Shown here: piece after piece, positions 1-12,927 of the stretch | Position numbering within the stretch: position 1 is the stretch's first letter | How the letters are laid out: every line of letters starts with the position of its first letter | Assembly (NCBI GenBank): GCA_977017575.1 | Contig: CDRNVI010000113.1 | Coordinates: 1-34,167, forward strand | Source: Paramoeba atlantica | Taxonomy: Eukaryota > Protista > Discosea | Reading direction: 5' to 3' | DNA length: 34,167 bases | Translations under genes and position numbers: made by a program | Notes under the pieces: generated by a model | Database searches by the model: none | Seen by the model: only the letters and a program-made list of their open reading frames with translations | Told to the model about the DNA's origin: nothing

Positions 1-822
1 AGACAATTTGTATGAGTATCTGGTGTTATAATATTATTAATTATGATTATAACAGCTTTTGTAGGTTATGTTTTACCTTGGGGTCAAATGAGTTTTTGAG
101 CAGCAACTGTTATTACTAATTTAGTGTCAGTTATACCTTTTGTAGGTAATGATATATTATTATGATTATGAGGTGGATTTTCTGTTGATGAAGCTACATT
201 ACATCGTTTTTTTAGTTTACATTATTTATTACCTTTTGTTATAGCAGCTTTAGCTGGAGTTCATATTATATTATTACATGAAGTTGGTTCTAATAATATA
301 TTAGGTATTAATCATAAGGTAGATCAAATACCATTTCATCCTTATTTTGTTTTTAAAGATTTATTTAGTTCATTATTATTATTATTTGGTTTTAATATGT
401 ATGCTATAAAACATACTCCAAGTATAATAGACGCAGATAATTATTTAGAAGCAAATCCTTTAGTAACACCCGTACATATCGTACCAGAATGATATTTTAA
501 AGCTTTTTATGCAATTTTAAGATCTGTACCAGATAAAGCAGGTGGTTTTATCTTATTAGTTTTATCTATTATTGTTTTAATAATATTTCCATTTTATGTG
601 AAAGCACCTATAGTTAGTGGTTATTTTAGACCTATTTATAATTTAGGTTTTTGATTATTTATTATGGATTTTATTACATTAACCTGAATAGGAGGTAAAC
701 CTATAGAAGAACCTTATTATTTTATAGGTCAAATGGCTACAAGTTTTTATTTTATATATTTTATTATATTGTTACCTGTTATTGTTAAATTAGAAAAATC
801 ATTATATAAAAATATTACTTAA
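1..822 (+). CDS. cob: Cytochrome b, 5' end truncated by the window
   Basis: Frame +1 in code 4 reads [39 protein letters not shown] and [13 protein letters not shown]; TAA at 820-822. Confidence 0.98.
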
Positions 823-826
823 ACAT

Positions 827-1330
827 ATGAATAAAATTTTTAATTTTATAATTTTTTATATTTCTATATTATTTTTAGTTAATATGTTTTCAAATCATTT
901 ATTTTTTTTTAATTCTGTTGGTAATTTATTAATTATAATTATATTATTAATTATATCTTTATTTACTTTTTATATTTCTTCGTTAAAAAGTAATTTCTTA
1001 ATTATAAAAAAAAATGAAATATATAAACAATATTATTTAAAATTATTAAAACTATATTATATTTTTTATTTATATAAAAATATAATATTTCAAAATATTT
1101 TAATATCTACATTTCAAAATTATTATTTTAAATTTATAATTTTATTTTATAATATTAATTTAAATATATTATTAAATTCTATATCAAATTTATATAGTTA
1201 TTTATATAATAATTTTTTAAATACTTTTTATATTAATAATTATTTTATATTTAGTATTAAATTTAAATTATTAAATCAAATAAACTATAAAAATTTTATT
1301 TTTAAAAAATATTTTACTATAAAAAAATAA
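827..1330 (+). CDS. 167-aa membrane ORF, possibly a divergent ATP synthase subunit b (atp4/orf25-like)
   Basis: Stop-free ORF filling the cob-nad3 gap with 3-4 nt spacers. Two N-terminal hydrophobic segments are followed by a Lys/Tyr-rich helical region, as in protist Atp4. No diagnostic motif, so identity is tentative. Confidence 0.5.
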   Translation: MNKIFNFIIFYISILFLVNMFSNHLFFFNSVGNLLIIIILLIISLFTFYISSLKSNFLIIKKNEIYKQYYLKLLKLYYIFYLYKNIIFQNILISTFQNYYFKFIILFYNINLNILLNSISNLYSYLYNNFLNTFYINNYFIFSIKFKLLNQINYKNFIFKKYFTIKK

Positions 1331-1333
1331 TAT

Positions 1334-1690
1334 ATGAATTTTGAATATAGTATAATTATTATCTCTATATCATTAAGTATGATTATTTCTTTAGTATTAT
1401 TTTCTATTATTTTACTTCTTATTTATTCAAAATTTGAGATAGAAAAAGTTTCAGCATATGAATGTGGTTTTCACCCTTTTGAAGATACTAGACATAATTT
1501 TAATGTAAGATTTTATTTAGTATCTATTTTATTTTTAATTTTTGATTTAGAAATAATATTTTTATTTCCATGATTGACTTTAGTTAATTTTTTAGGAACA
1601 AGTGGTTTTTTAGTAGTATTGATTTTTATTACTATATTAACTATAGGTTTCATATATGAATGATTAAAAGGTGCTTTAACCTGAGAGTAA
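1334..1690 (+). CDS. nad3: NADH dehydrogenase subunit 3
   Basis: [28 protein letters not shown] and YEWLKGALTWE; reads through TGA to TAA at 1688-1690. Confidence 0.97.
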
Positions 1691-1708
1691 AAAATTATTT
1701 TATATATT

Positions 1709-2461
1709 ATGAATAAATTTTTTCAACCATTAGATCAATTTGATATATTTTCTTTATATATAAATTTTTATTTTAGTGATTTTTATATAACAAACTTATT
1801 TATATATTTATTTATTATTTTTTTTATAATAAATATTATAACAAGTAATGTATTATTATCTAAATTAAATTTAGTTTATAAATCGTTATGACAATACATA
1901 TATGAGAATTTTATATATTTATTTCCGTTAAATGTTTTAGTTACACAAGTAGGTAAAAGAGGTGAACCATATTTTGTTTATATAGCTAGCTTATTTTATT
2001 TTATATTAATAGCAAATTTTATTGGTTTAGTACCAAGTTCTTTTACTATTACAAGTCATATAATTTTAACATTTTTATTAGGATCAATTACTGTTATAGG
2101 ATTAACTATAATAGGTTTTTTAAAACAAAAATTACATTTTATACAGTTATTTATACCAAAAGGTGTTCCTAATATTTTATTACCTATGTTAATAGGTATC
2201 GAAGTTATTTCTTATATTGCAAGAGGTTTTAGTTTATCTATACGGTTATTTGCAAATTTAATGTCGGGACATTCATTAATACATATTTTATTATTTTTTA
2301 TTGTAAAAATATTAAAATTTAATTATATTATAGGTATTTTAGGAATATTATTAATAACTGTAATTTTTTTATTAGAGTTTGGTATTTCATTTTTACAAGC
2401 TTATGTATTTATTGTTTTAGTTTCTATTTATTTAAAAGATTCTTACGAAGCTGGACATTAA
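1709..2461 (+). CDS. atp6: ATP synthase subunit a
   Basis: N-terminal QPLDQF, NFIGLVP, SLSIRLFANLMSGH and LQAYVF; one frame in code 4. Confidence 0.97.
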
Positions 2462-2479
2462 AAAACATTTATTTTAACA

Positions 2480-2800
2480 ATGTTTAATATCTTAATTCCT
2501 TTTGAAACATTTATACCTATTTTAAGTTTTAGTTTATTTATTATAGGTATAGCGGGTATTTTTATTACACGTAGAAATATAATAATAATAATAATGTCTA
2601 TAGAGTTAATTTTAGCATCTGTAAATTTATTATTTATTTTTTTATCAATATATTTAGATGATATATATGGTCAGATATTTGCTTTATATATATTAACTAT
2701 AGCAGCTTCTGAATCAGCTATTGGTTTAGGATTAATAGTTATTTATTATAGATTAAGAGGTATTATATCTATAGATTATATTAGTACTATAAAAGGTTAA
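2480..2800 (+). CDS. nad4L: NADH dehydrogenase subunit 4L
   Basis: RRNIIIIIMSIELIL and TIAASESAIGLGLIVIYYRLRG. Confidence 0.97.
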   Translation: MFNILIPFETFIPILSFSLFIIGIAGIFITRRNIIIIIMSIELILASVNLLFIFLSIYLDDIYGQIFALYILTIAASESAIGLGLIVIYYRLRGIISIDYISTIKG

Positions 2801-2819
2801 ATTTTTTTATATACTTTTT

Positions 2820-4837
2820 ATGTATTTATTAGTATTATATTTACCATTAATAAGTTTTTTAATTATAAGTTTTTTTGGGCGTTTATTAGGAAATAAAGGT
2901 AGTTTTATAATTGCGAATTTTAATATGTTATTAACAGTGTTGTTATCATATTATATTTTTTATGAAACTGTATTAAAAGGTTCTGTATGTTTTTTAAAAT
3001 TATTTTCATGATTTAATATAGGTTTATTTAATGTAACATGAGGATTTATTTTCGATCCTGTAACAGGTGTTATGTTAATTGTAGTAAATACAATATCTTT
3101 ATTAGTTCATTTTTATTCAATAGGTTATATGTATAATGATCCTTTTTCTTCTCGATTTGTATCTTATTTATCATTATTTACATGATTTATGTTAATGTTA
3201 GTTACAGCTGATAATATATTACAATTATTTTTAGGTTGAGAAGGTGTTGGTTTAGTATCTTATTTATTAATTAATTTTTGATTTACAATAGCAGATGCAA
3301 ACAAAGCTGCAATTAAAGCTATTATTATGAATAGAATAGGTGAATTGGAGTTGGTTTAGGTATATGTTTAATATATTTAGAATATAAAACATTAAATTTT
3401 AGTATAATATTCGCAATAAGTGATATGTGTCAATTTGATTATATTTATTTTATAAATAATTATTTTAATACAATAACTTTGATAACTATTTTTATATTAA
3501 TTGGAGCTATGGGAAAATCTGCACAATTAGGTTTACATACTTGATTACCGGATGCTATGGCTGGTCCAACACCAGTTTCTGCTCTTATACATGCAGCAAC
3601 AATGGTTACAGCTGGAGTATTTATTTTAATAAGATTATCACCAATGGTTGAATATTCAGCTATTGGTTTATGAATTATAACTTTAGTTGGTGTTTTAACT
3701 AGTTTTTTTGCAGCAACTATAGGTTTATTTCAAAATGATATAAAAAAGGTTATAGCATATTCAACTTGTAGTCAATTAGGTTATATGGTGTTTATATGTG
3801 GGTTATCAAATTATTCACTAAGTTTATTTCATTTAACTAATCATGCTTTTTTTAAAGCATTATTATTTTTAAGTGCGGGGGCTATTATACATGCTTTATC
3901 TGATGAACAAGATATAAGAAAATATGGAGGGTTAATTAAATTATTACCTTATAGTTATATTATGATGTTAATAGGTTCTTTAGCATTAATGGGTATACCT
4001 TTTTTAACAGGGTTTTATTCTAAAGATGTTATAATTGAAATTACTTATATATCATATATAATAGATAGTTCTTTTATTTATTGATTAAGTGTTATAGCAG
4101 CTTTGTTTACATCATTATATAGTATTAGGTTATTAGTATATGTTTTTATAACATCACCTAATGGTTATAGAAAAATGTTTGAATTAATACATGAATCTAA
4201 TATTTTTATGTCTTTACCTTTATTTATATTAGCTTTAAATAGTATATTTTTTGGTTATATTAATAAAGATTTATTTATAGGATTAGGTAATGATACTTGA
4301 TTAAATTGATTAAATATAATTTCAACTAGAAATATTTTAATTTTAGAATCAGAATTTTTACCTTGATATATAAAAAATATTCCTTTTTTTTTTAGTATGT
4401 CTGGTATAATAATTATTTTTTTAATAAATTATTATTATACTTATTTATATAAAGTTTTAAGAAGTAATAATTATTTATATTTTAAAAGATATAATAATAT
4501 TGCAAGTTTTTTTTCTTATAAATGGTATGTGGATACTATTTATAATAAAATAATTTTAGGAGGTTTTATTAAATTATCCTATATAGTATTTAAAAATATT
4601 GATAGAGGTATTATAGAATTAATAGGGCCTTTAGGTTTAGTTAGATTATGAAATTCTTTAAGTATTAATTATAAATATTTTTTCCCAACAGGTTATATTT
4701 TTAATTATTTGTTCTTATTTATTATTTCATCTGTTAGTTTAATTATATTCTATATATTACCTATAAATAATTTAAATAGTGAATTATTATTTATATTAAT
4801 TGCTATAATTTTAATAAATAAATATAAAAATAAGTAA
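2820..4837 (+). CDS. nad5: NADH dehydrogenase subunit 5, with one apparent 1-nt deletion near 3343
   Basis: [16 protein letters not shown] and [35 protein letters not shown]. The frame changes inside NRIG(D)IG at 3339-3350. TAA at 4835-4837. Confidence 0.96.
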
Positions 4838-4854
4838 AATTTTTTTTAAAACAT

Positions 4855-5442
4855 ATGGATCAAAATTTATTTTATATATTTTTTTTTATAATAAGTATTG
4901 TATCGGCTATTTTAGTAATAATTTCTAAAAATCCTTTACATTCTATTATTTATTTAATATTAGTTTTTTGTAATATAGTTTTTATATTATTATTGTTGGA
5001 GTTGGAATTTATGTCTATGGTGTTTTTAATAGTTTATATAGGTGCAATAGCAGTATTATTTTTATTTATTATTTATATGTTAAATATAAAAGTTATAGAA
5101 TTGAATGAATTAAATATAAAATATTTGATAGGTATTATATTATTAACTTTATTAATAATATTTTTAATTTATTTATATTATATACCGATTAATGTAATTT
5201 TTAATATAGATTCCTCAAACAATAATAATTATATAAATTATTATAATATTTTATATAATATATCAAATTTAAATTTGATATCTTTAATATTATACGATAA
5301 GCATTATATATTATTTATAATACTTAGTCTTATATTATTATTAGCTATGATTGGTGTTATTATATTAACATGTAAAAGAACATATTATCTAAAAGAACAG
5401 GTAATTTTTGAACAAAATAAAAGGTTTATAAAGAATCCATAA
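4855..5442 (+). CDS. nad6: NADH dehydrogenase subunit 6
   Basis: [29 protein letters not shown] and [11 protein letters not shown]. Confidence 0.95.
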   Translation: MDQNLFYIFFFIISIVSAILVIISKNPLHSIIYLILVFCNIVFILLLLELEFMSMVFLIVYIGAIAVLFLFIIYMLNIKVIELNELNIKYLIGIILLTLLIIFLIYLYYIPINVIFNIDSSNNNNYINYYNILYNISNLNLISLILYDKHYILFIILSLILLLAMIGVIILTCKRTYYLKEQVIFEQNKRFIKNP

Positions 5443-5443
5443 A

Positions 5444-7476
5444 ATGAATAATTATAAAATAAATAATATTGCAGTTAAAGATAATAATATGAAAACTATA
5501 TTACAATTATGTAATATGATTAATATAGATATACCAAAATTTTGTTATCATGAACAATTATCTATAGCAGGTAATTGTAGAATGTGTTTAGTTGAAGTAA
5601 AAGGAGCTATAAAACCTATAGCTTCTTGTGCATCCCCTTTAAATAATAATATGCATATATTAACTAATACTAAATTAGTTAAAAAGGCTAGAGAAGGTGT
5701 TTTAGAATTTTTATTATTAAATCATCCATTAGATTGTCCTATTTGTGATCAAGGAGGTGAATGTGATTTACAAGATCAATCATTAATTTTTGGTAATGAT
5801 AGAGGTAGATTTTATGAAAATAAAAGATCTGTTAATGATAAAGATTGTGGACCTTTAATAAAAACTATTATGACAAGATGTATTCATTGTACTAGATGTA
5901 TACGTTTTATAGATGAGTTTATTGGTTATAAATATTTTGGTTTGATAGGTCGAGGACAAAATATAGAAATAAGTAATTTTTTATCAAAAAATATTAATTC
6001 GGAATTATCTGGTAATTTAATTGATTTATGCCCTGTAGGTGCTTTAACTTCTAAACCTTATTCATTCATTTCTAGACCTTGAGAACTTATTTCTTGAAAT
6101 ACTATAGATATTAATGATTTATTACATATAAATATTAGAATAGATATTAGAGATAGTGAAATATTAAGAGTTTTACCTTTATTTAATGATTATATACATG
6201 AGATCTGAATCTCAGATCTAACTCGTTTTTCTTATGATAATCAAAAGAATAATCGAATAATTAATCCTTTAAAAAAGGAAGGTGCAAATAAATTTATTAT
6301 ATATAGTTGAGAAAAAGTATTAAATTTAATATTAAAAAAATGTTTAAATAGTAATTTACATTTTTTAATAGGTGATAATATAGATAGTGAAACTGCTTTA
6401 GTAATAAAAAAAGGAAAAAATTATTTTAATAATCATGAATTTACTATTAATTATAAAAAATTAACTAGGAATTCAAATAATCGTAAAAATTATATTTTAG
6501 ATTATAATATATATAAAGAATTAAATGAATTTAAAAATATTATATTAATTAATATAAATATTAGATTAGAATATCCTTTATTAAATATAAAGTTAAAACG
6601 ATTTAAAGATTTAAAATTATTAAATATTTATAATATAGGGACCTCTTATAATCAAAATTATAAAAATATAAATTATTCATCTAATTTATTAGAAGTAAAA
6701 AAATTTATAGAGGGAAAATCTTTATTAAATAATATTGTATTAAAAGCATCTAAAAATTTAATTTTATTAAATGATAATACTTTATTTAATTTTTTAATTA
6801 CAACATTGAAAAATTTAAATTTAGAATCAAGTATTAATATAGGGTTTTTAAATAATTTAAATATAAATATTATAGCTAATGAATTAAATTTATTTAATTC
6901 ATTAGTAAAATTTAATGATTATAGTTTTAAAAAAATGATTTATAAAGAAAATAATATTTTATATAATTTAAATAATTATAATTATAATTATTTAAATTAT
7001 AATTGTGATTATAATATTTTTCAAGGTTGTTATTTACCTATATTAAAAGAAATTAATAATTATGATTTATTATTACCATCAATAACTCATTATGAAAAAA
7101 AAAGTTTATTTATAAATATATTTGGTTATTGTCAATCGACAAAATTTATTTTATTTCCGCCGAAGAATGCAAGAAATGATTGAAAAATATTATATATATT
7201 ATTTAAAACAATTATTAGTGATGAAAAGATTATGAAATTATCTTTTAGTAATATTAGATTATTATTAAGTTCTTATAATATAAATATAAATACTATATTA
7301 AATATATATAATAATAATGAAATATCAAATTATAAAAATATTATGGTTTTGAAAAATAAAAATTTATATATAAAAATATGACTAATATATATTCTAATAA
7401 TAAATTTTTACAATCATCAAAAATTTTAAACAGTTGTTTAATTAATTCTAAAAAAATATATAATAATTTTCATTAA
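5444..7476 (+). CDS. nad11: NADH dehydrogenase subunit 11 (NuoG homolog), probable 1-nt deletion near 7360
   Basis: Fe-S motifs [39 protein letters not shown] and DLCPVGAL; PPKNARNDW. The C-terminal motif [19 protein letters not shown] lies in the adjacent frame and ends at TAA 7474-7476. Confidence 0.93.
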
Positions 7477-7489
7477 AAGATTTTAAAAT

Positions 7490-8476
7490 ATGAATTTTTT
7501 GTTAACTTTAATTATAACAATATTAAAATATTTAATTTTAATAGTACCTGTATTAGTAACTGTAGCTATTTTTACAGTTTTTGAAAGAAAAGTTATGGGT
7601 TATATACAACGAAGACAAGGTCCTATAAAAGTAGGTTTTTTAGGTATTTTGCAACCTTTTGCCGATGGTTTAAAATTAATGATAAAAGAACCTGTTATAC
7701 CGGTAAATTCAAATTATTTAATGTATATAGCAGCTCCAATATTAACATTATTATTAAGTTTAATAAATTGAATATTAATACCTTTTGATGAAAATGTAGT
7801 AATATCTAATATTAATATAGGAGTTTTGTTTATTTTGGGTATTTCTTCTTTAAGTGTATATGGTGTTATTATAGCTGGTTGAGCTAGTAATTCAAAATAT
7901 GCATTTTTAGGTGCTCTTAGATCTGCTGCACAAATGATATCTTATGAAGTATCTATAGGTATAATATTAATAACTCTTCTAATAGGTGTAGGTTCTTTAA
8001 ATTTAAGTAATATAGTATTAGCTCAAGAGGATATTTGATTTATTATACCATTTTTTCCTTTATTTTTATTATTTTTTATATCTTCTGTTGCAGAAACTAA
8101 TAGACACCCTTTTGATTTACCTGAGGCAGAAGCAGAATTAGTTTCTGGTTATAATGTAGAATATTCATCAGTAGGATTTGCTTTTTTTTTTATCGGTGAA
8201 TATGCTAATATTATATTAATGAGTGCATTAAATGTAATTTTATTTTTAGGAGGTTGATTACCACCTTTTAATTTTAATTTTTTTTTACCGCCTATAGTAT
8301 GATTTACAATAAAAATTGTTTTAATGATATTTTTATTTATAGTAATAAGAGCCATGTTACCTAGATATAGATATGATCAATTAATGATATTAGGTTGAAA
8401 AGTATTTTTACCGTTATCATTAGGTTTATTAGTTTTCTATGCAGGTATAATGATTGGTTTTGATTTTTTACCTTAA
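7490..8476 (+). CDS. nad1: NADH dehydrogenase subunit 1
   Basis: [50 protein letters not shown] and PRYRYDQLM. Confidence 0.98.
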
Positions 8477-8509
8477 TTTTTTAGAATAATAAAATATAAA
8501 AAATTTTGA

Positions 8510-9982
8510 ATGTTATTAAAAATTTTACTTTTTTTACCATTATTTTTTGCGTTTATTTTAAGTTTAATACCTAAGAAAAAAATTATATTATTAAAACAAT
8601 TATCTTTATTATTTAGTATAATAATTTTTTTTTATTGTATTAAATTATTAGGTAATTTTAATATATATTATTCGTATATTCAATTTCAATCAAGTATTAG
8701 TTATTATCCTGGTATGGATTTTAGTATAGGTATAGATGGTATTTCTATTTTTTTTATATTATTAATGAGTTTACTTTTACCTATTTCGTTATTAGTAAAT
8801 TGAGAAAGTGTGAAATATCGTAATAAAGATTTTACTATTACTTTATTTATATTAGAATTTTTAGTTTTTTGTATTTTTTGTTGTTTAGATATATTTTTTT
8901 TTTATATATTTTTTGAAGGTGTTTTAATACCTATGTTTTTTATTATAGGTATATGAGGTTCAAGACAACGAAAAATTCATGCTGTTTATCAATTTTTTTT
9001 ATATACTTTTTTTGGATCAATATTTATGTTAGTATCTTTTTTAATAATTTACTTACATGTAGGTTCTACAAATTGAAATATAATTAAATATATTGAATTT
9101 TCTGATCAACGACAATTAATATTATGATTAGGTTTTTTTATAGCATTTGCTATAAAAGTACCAATGATACCTTTTCATATATGATTACCAGAAGCTCATG
9201 TCGAAGCACCTACAACAGGTTCTATCTTATTAGCTGGTATTTTATTAAAATTAGGTACTTATGGTTTTTTAAGATTTTTATTACCTTTATTTCCTTATGG
9301 AATGAAATTTTTTTCACCTTTAGTTATAGTTATTTGTATAATTAGTGTTATATACGGTTCGTTAGTAACAATTAGACAAATAGATTTGAAAAAAATAATA
9401 GCATATTCATCTGTTGTACATATGAATTTTGCAATAATAGGTTTATTTGCTAATAATTTAGAAGGTTTACAAGGTAGTTTATTCTTAATGATTAGTCATG
9501 GTATAATATCAAGTTCTTTATTTTTTTGCATAGGTGTTTTATATGATCGTTATCATAGTCGTATATTATATTATTATGGAGGTTTAGTACAAGTTATGCC
9601 TATATTTGCTGTAATATTTATGATTTTTTCTTTAAGTAATATGGGCTTCCCTGGAACAAGTGGTTTTATTGGTGAAATTTTAATATTAATAGGAGTTTTT
9701 TTATGAAATATAAAAATTTCATTATTATTATTTACTAGTGTTGTTTTTGCAGCTGTTTATTCAATATGGTTATATAATAGATTAATTTTCGGTGAAATAA
9801 AAAATTATAATATAATGATTTATAATAATTTTTATTATAAAAAATGATTTATAAAATTTTCAGATATTACTAAAAGAGAATTCTTTTTAATATTACCATT
9901 TATTTTTTTAAATTTTTTATTAGGTTTTTATCCTGATTTAATTTTTAATGTAACTTATCTATCAATTTTATCACTTATTTAA
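8510..9982 (+). CDS. nad4: NADH dehydrogenase subunit 4
   Basis: FEGVLIPM, KVPMIPFHIWLPEAHVEAPT, DLKKIIAYSSVVHM and NMGFPGTSGFIGE. Confidence 0.98.
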
Positions 9983-9993
9983 ATTTAATTATT

Positions 9994-11493
9994 ATGAATT
10001 TTACAATTATTTTTAAAAATCAGGAATATCATTCTATATATAATGATATTAAATATTTATTACCAGAAATATTTTTAATTTCTGGTGTTTTATTAATTTT
10101 AGTATTTATTATTTTTTATTCAAATATTAATGTATATAAATATATAAAATTAGTTTATTGTACTATTAATTTATTGGTATTTATATTAATATTATTTATA
10201 TTATTAAATATTAATAATATAGATAATAATTTTATTATTTCATCTTATTTATTATATAGTGACGGTATAATTTTTTTTTATAAAAATTTATTGTCAATAA
10301 TTATGATTATATTATTAGTTACTTCTTATAATTATATGAGATTAAATAAATTATTAATATTTGAATTTTATATATTAATGTTATTATCTTTTATTGGTAT
10401 GATAACTTTATTATTATCATATGATTTTATTACAGCATATCTTTCTATCGAATTACAAAGTTTATGTTTTTATATTTTAGCGGCAATAAATAGAAATAAG
10501 AATAGTTCTATAGAAGCTGGTTTAAAATATTTTATATTAGGATCATTTTCATCAAGTTTATTAATAGTAGGTATAGCAATTATATATGGTGTAACTGGAT
10601 TTACTAATTTTTATGATTTATCAAAATTATTTGAATTAGGTTTATATAATATAAATTGGGATTCTTATATATTTATAGGTTTATTATTTATTAATATAGG
10701 ATTATTTTTCAAATTAGCTATACCTCCGTTTCATATATGATTACCAGATATTTATGAAGGTTCTTTGAAAATAGTATTAGCTATTTTTGCATTATTGCCT
10801 AAATTGGCTATATTAATATTTTTTTGAAAAATATATTCTATAATTTTAATAAAAGATTTAATCGACTGACAAATATTTTTTTTAATATTTATACTATTAT
10901 CTTGATTTATAGGTATATTAGGGGCTTTACAATCTAAAAAATTTTCAAGATTAATAGCTTACAGTTCTATTAATCATATGGGTTTTATATTATTAATTTT
11001 AATATTAAATGATGTATTGACTTTAACTTTATATATAATAATTTATATTTTAGCTTTAATAAATATTTTAATAATATGATTAAATATATTTAAATTTAAT
11101 AATTATAAAGGGATTAATACTATATATCAATTTTTATATATTATAAAATCTAATAATTTATTATTTATAATTTTATTAATAGCTATATTTTCATTAGCAG
11201 GAATACCACCATTAGCTGGATTTTTCAGTAAATTTTTTATTTTCATTAGTGCATTAAAACAAAATTATTATTTATTAGTAGTAATTGGACTTTTATTTAG
11301 TGTAGTTAGTTGTTTTTATTATTTAAGGTTAATAAAAATTATTATGTTTAATAATAGTTTTTATTGATTTTTTTTAACTCCTTTAAAAAGAAGTTATGCT
11401 TACATAATTGTTATATTATTTGTAGTAAATTCGATTTTTATATTATTATTGCCTTTTTTATTAGAATATTTAAATTATATAATATAATAATAA
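9994..11493 (+). CDS. nad2: NADH dehydrogenase subunit 2
   Basis: EAGLKYFILGS, FKLAIPPFHIWLPDIYEGS, RLIAYSSINHMG and SLAGIPPLAGFFSK. Confidence 0.97.
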
Positions 11494-11499
11494 TAATTT

Positions 11500-12105
11500 A
11501 TGAAGTATTTATATTTAAATCAGTTAATTTCAAGTAATTATAATATATCTTTACATAAAAAAAATAAATGAGGTAGACAACAAATTAATAATATAATTGG
11601 TTGATGTAAATTACATAATTATGTAATTATAGATATTGTTTCTATATTTTTTAATATAAAAAATATAATTAATATAATTAATTATATTTCAACTAAATTA
11701 GGTATATCTTTATTATGTTTATTATCAGATAGTAATATAATTAATACTTCATTAAAAAGAGTAAAAATAAAAAATTTTTATATGGTATATTTAGATAAAA
11801 TTTATGGTTTTATATCTAATTTTTATATGTTTATTAAAAAAGGTCGAAAACATTATAAAAATATAGTTAATTATAGATCAAAAAGGTTACCTGATATAGT
11901 ATTTATGTCAAAAGATAGTTGAAAAGATTATAATAATTTTTTTAAAATATTTTTAGAATATAAAATATTATCTATAAAAAACACATCATTTTTAGAAAAG
12001 GATATTCATATTTGTTATAATATTATGGTTAATAATTCTTTAATTATATATAATTTATGAAAATATATATATAAGCAAAATAGAATTTTATTTAAAAAAT
12101 GTTAA
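11500..12105 (+). CDS. rps2: Ribosomal protein S2, divergent
   Basis: 201-aa code-4 ORF missed by the standard-code track. YVIIDI, YGFISNF and RLPDIVF match the spacing of S2 motifs. Confidence 0.7.
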
Positions 12106-12812
12106 AAGTAAATTATAAAAAATTAAATTTAATAAGAGTTTATAAAAGAGATCTTTGAGGTAGAATAATATTAAATAGAAAATTATTATTAATTAGAAAT
12201 TATATTATTAAATTATTAAAAATAAAAAAATTTAAATATAATAAAAGAATAAATTTTTATAGGATTAATAATTTTGAGAAACCTGTATATTTTAGAAGAA
12301 GAACTAGATATGGTAAATATTTTATTTTACGAAGACAATTTAGAATTTTTTATGGTTTTTTAAGTATTAAAAATATAAAAAAAATCATAAAAAAAAGTTT
12401 TAAAAAAAAATATGCTTTAAGTTATTTTATTTATATGATGGAATCTAGATTAGATGTATTAGTTTATAGATTACATTTAGTTAAAAGTGTTAGATCAGCT
12501 AGACAATGAATATTTAATGGTAATATTATTGTTAATAATAATATTATAATTAATCCACAATATAATTTAAAAAAAGGTGATATATTAACTTTAAATAAAA
12601 AAAAAATATTATATTTTAAAAAAAAATTATATTATAATATAAAAACAAAAAATTGATCTCGAAGTATTATACCTAATTATATTGAATATGATTATAATAA
12701 TTTTGTTTTTAAATTTATAAGTCTTAATATATATGATGTACCTTTTTTTGCTCCGGTTACTTCTTATACTTTTTTAAATATAATGAATTTTTATACAAGA
12801 TATTATTTTTAA
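12099..12812 (+). CDS. rps4: Ribosomal protein S4
   Basis: S4 domain MESRLDVLVYRL...SVRSARQWIFNGNIIVNN...LKKGDI. Overlaps rps2 by 7 nt. Confidence 0.9.
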
Positions 12813-12927
12813 TTTATTAAAATAATAATATCTTTAAACTTGATCTTTTTTTGTTTTGTGTGTTTATTTATCGTTATTACACATAAATTTATTATAATAA
12901 TAATTATGTATTTTAAGATAAATAATT

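Noticed and set aside
8149-8355. Minus-strand 68-aa ORF
   Set aside because: Antisense shadow of nad1 with no recognisable motif.
9124-9345. 73-aa + strand ORF
   Set aside because: Alternative frame inside nad4, which is intact in another frame.
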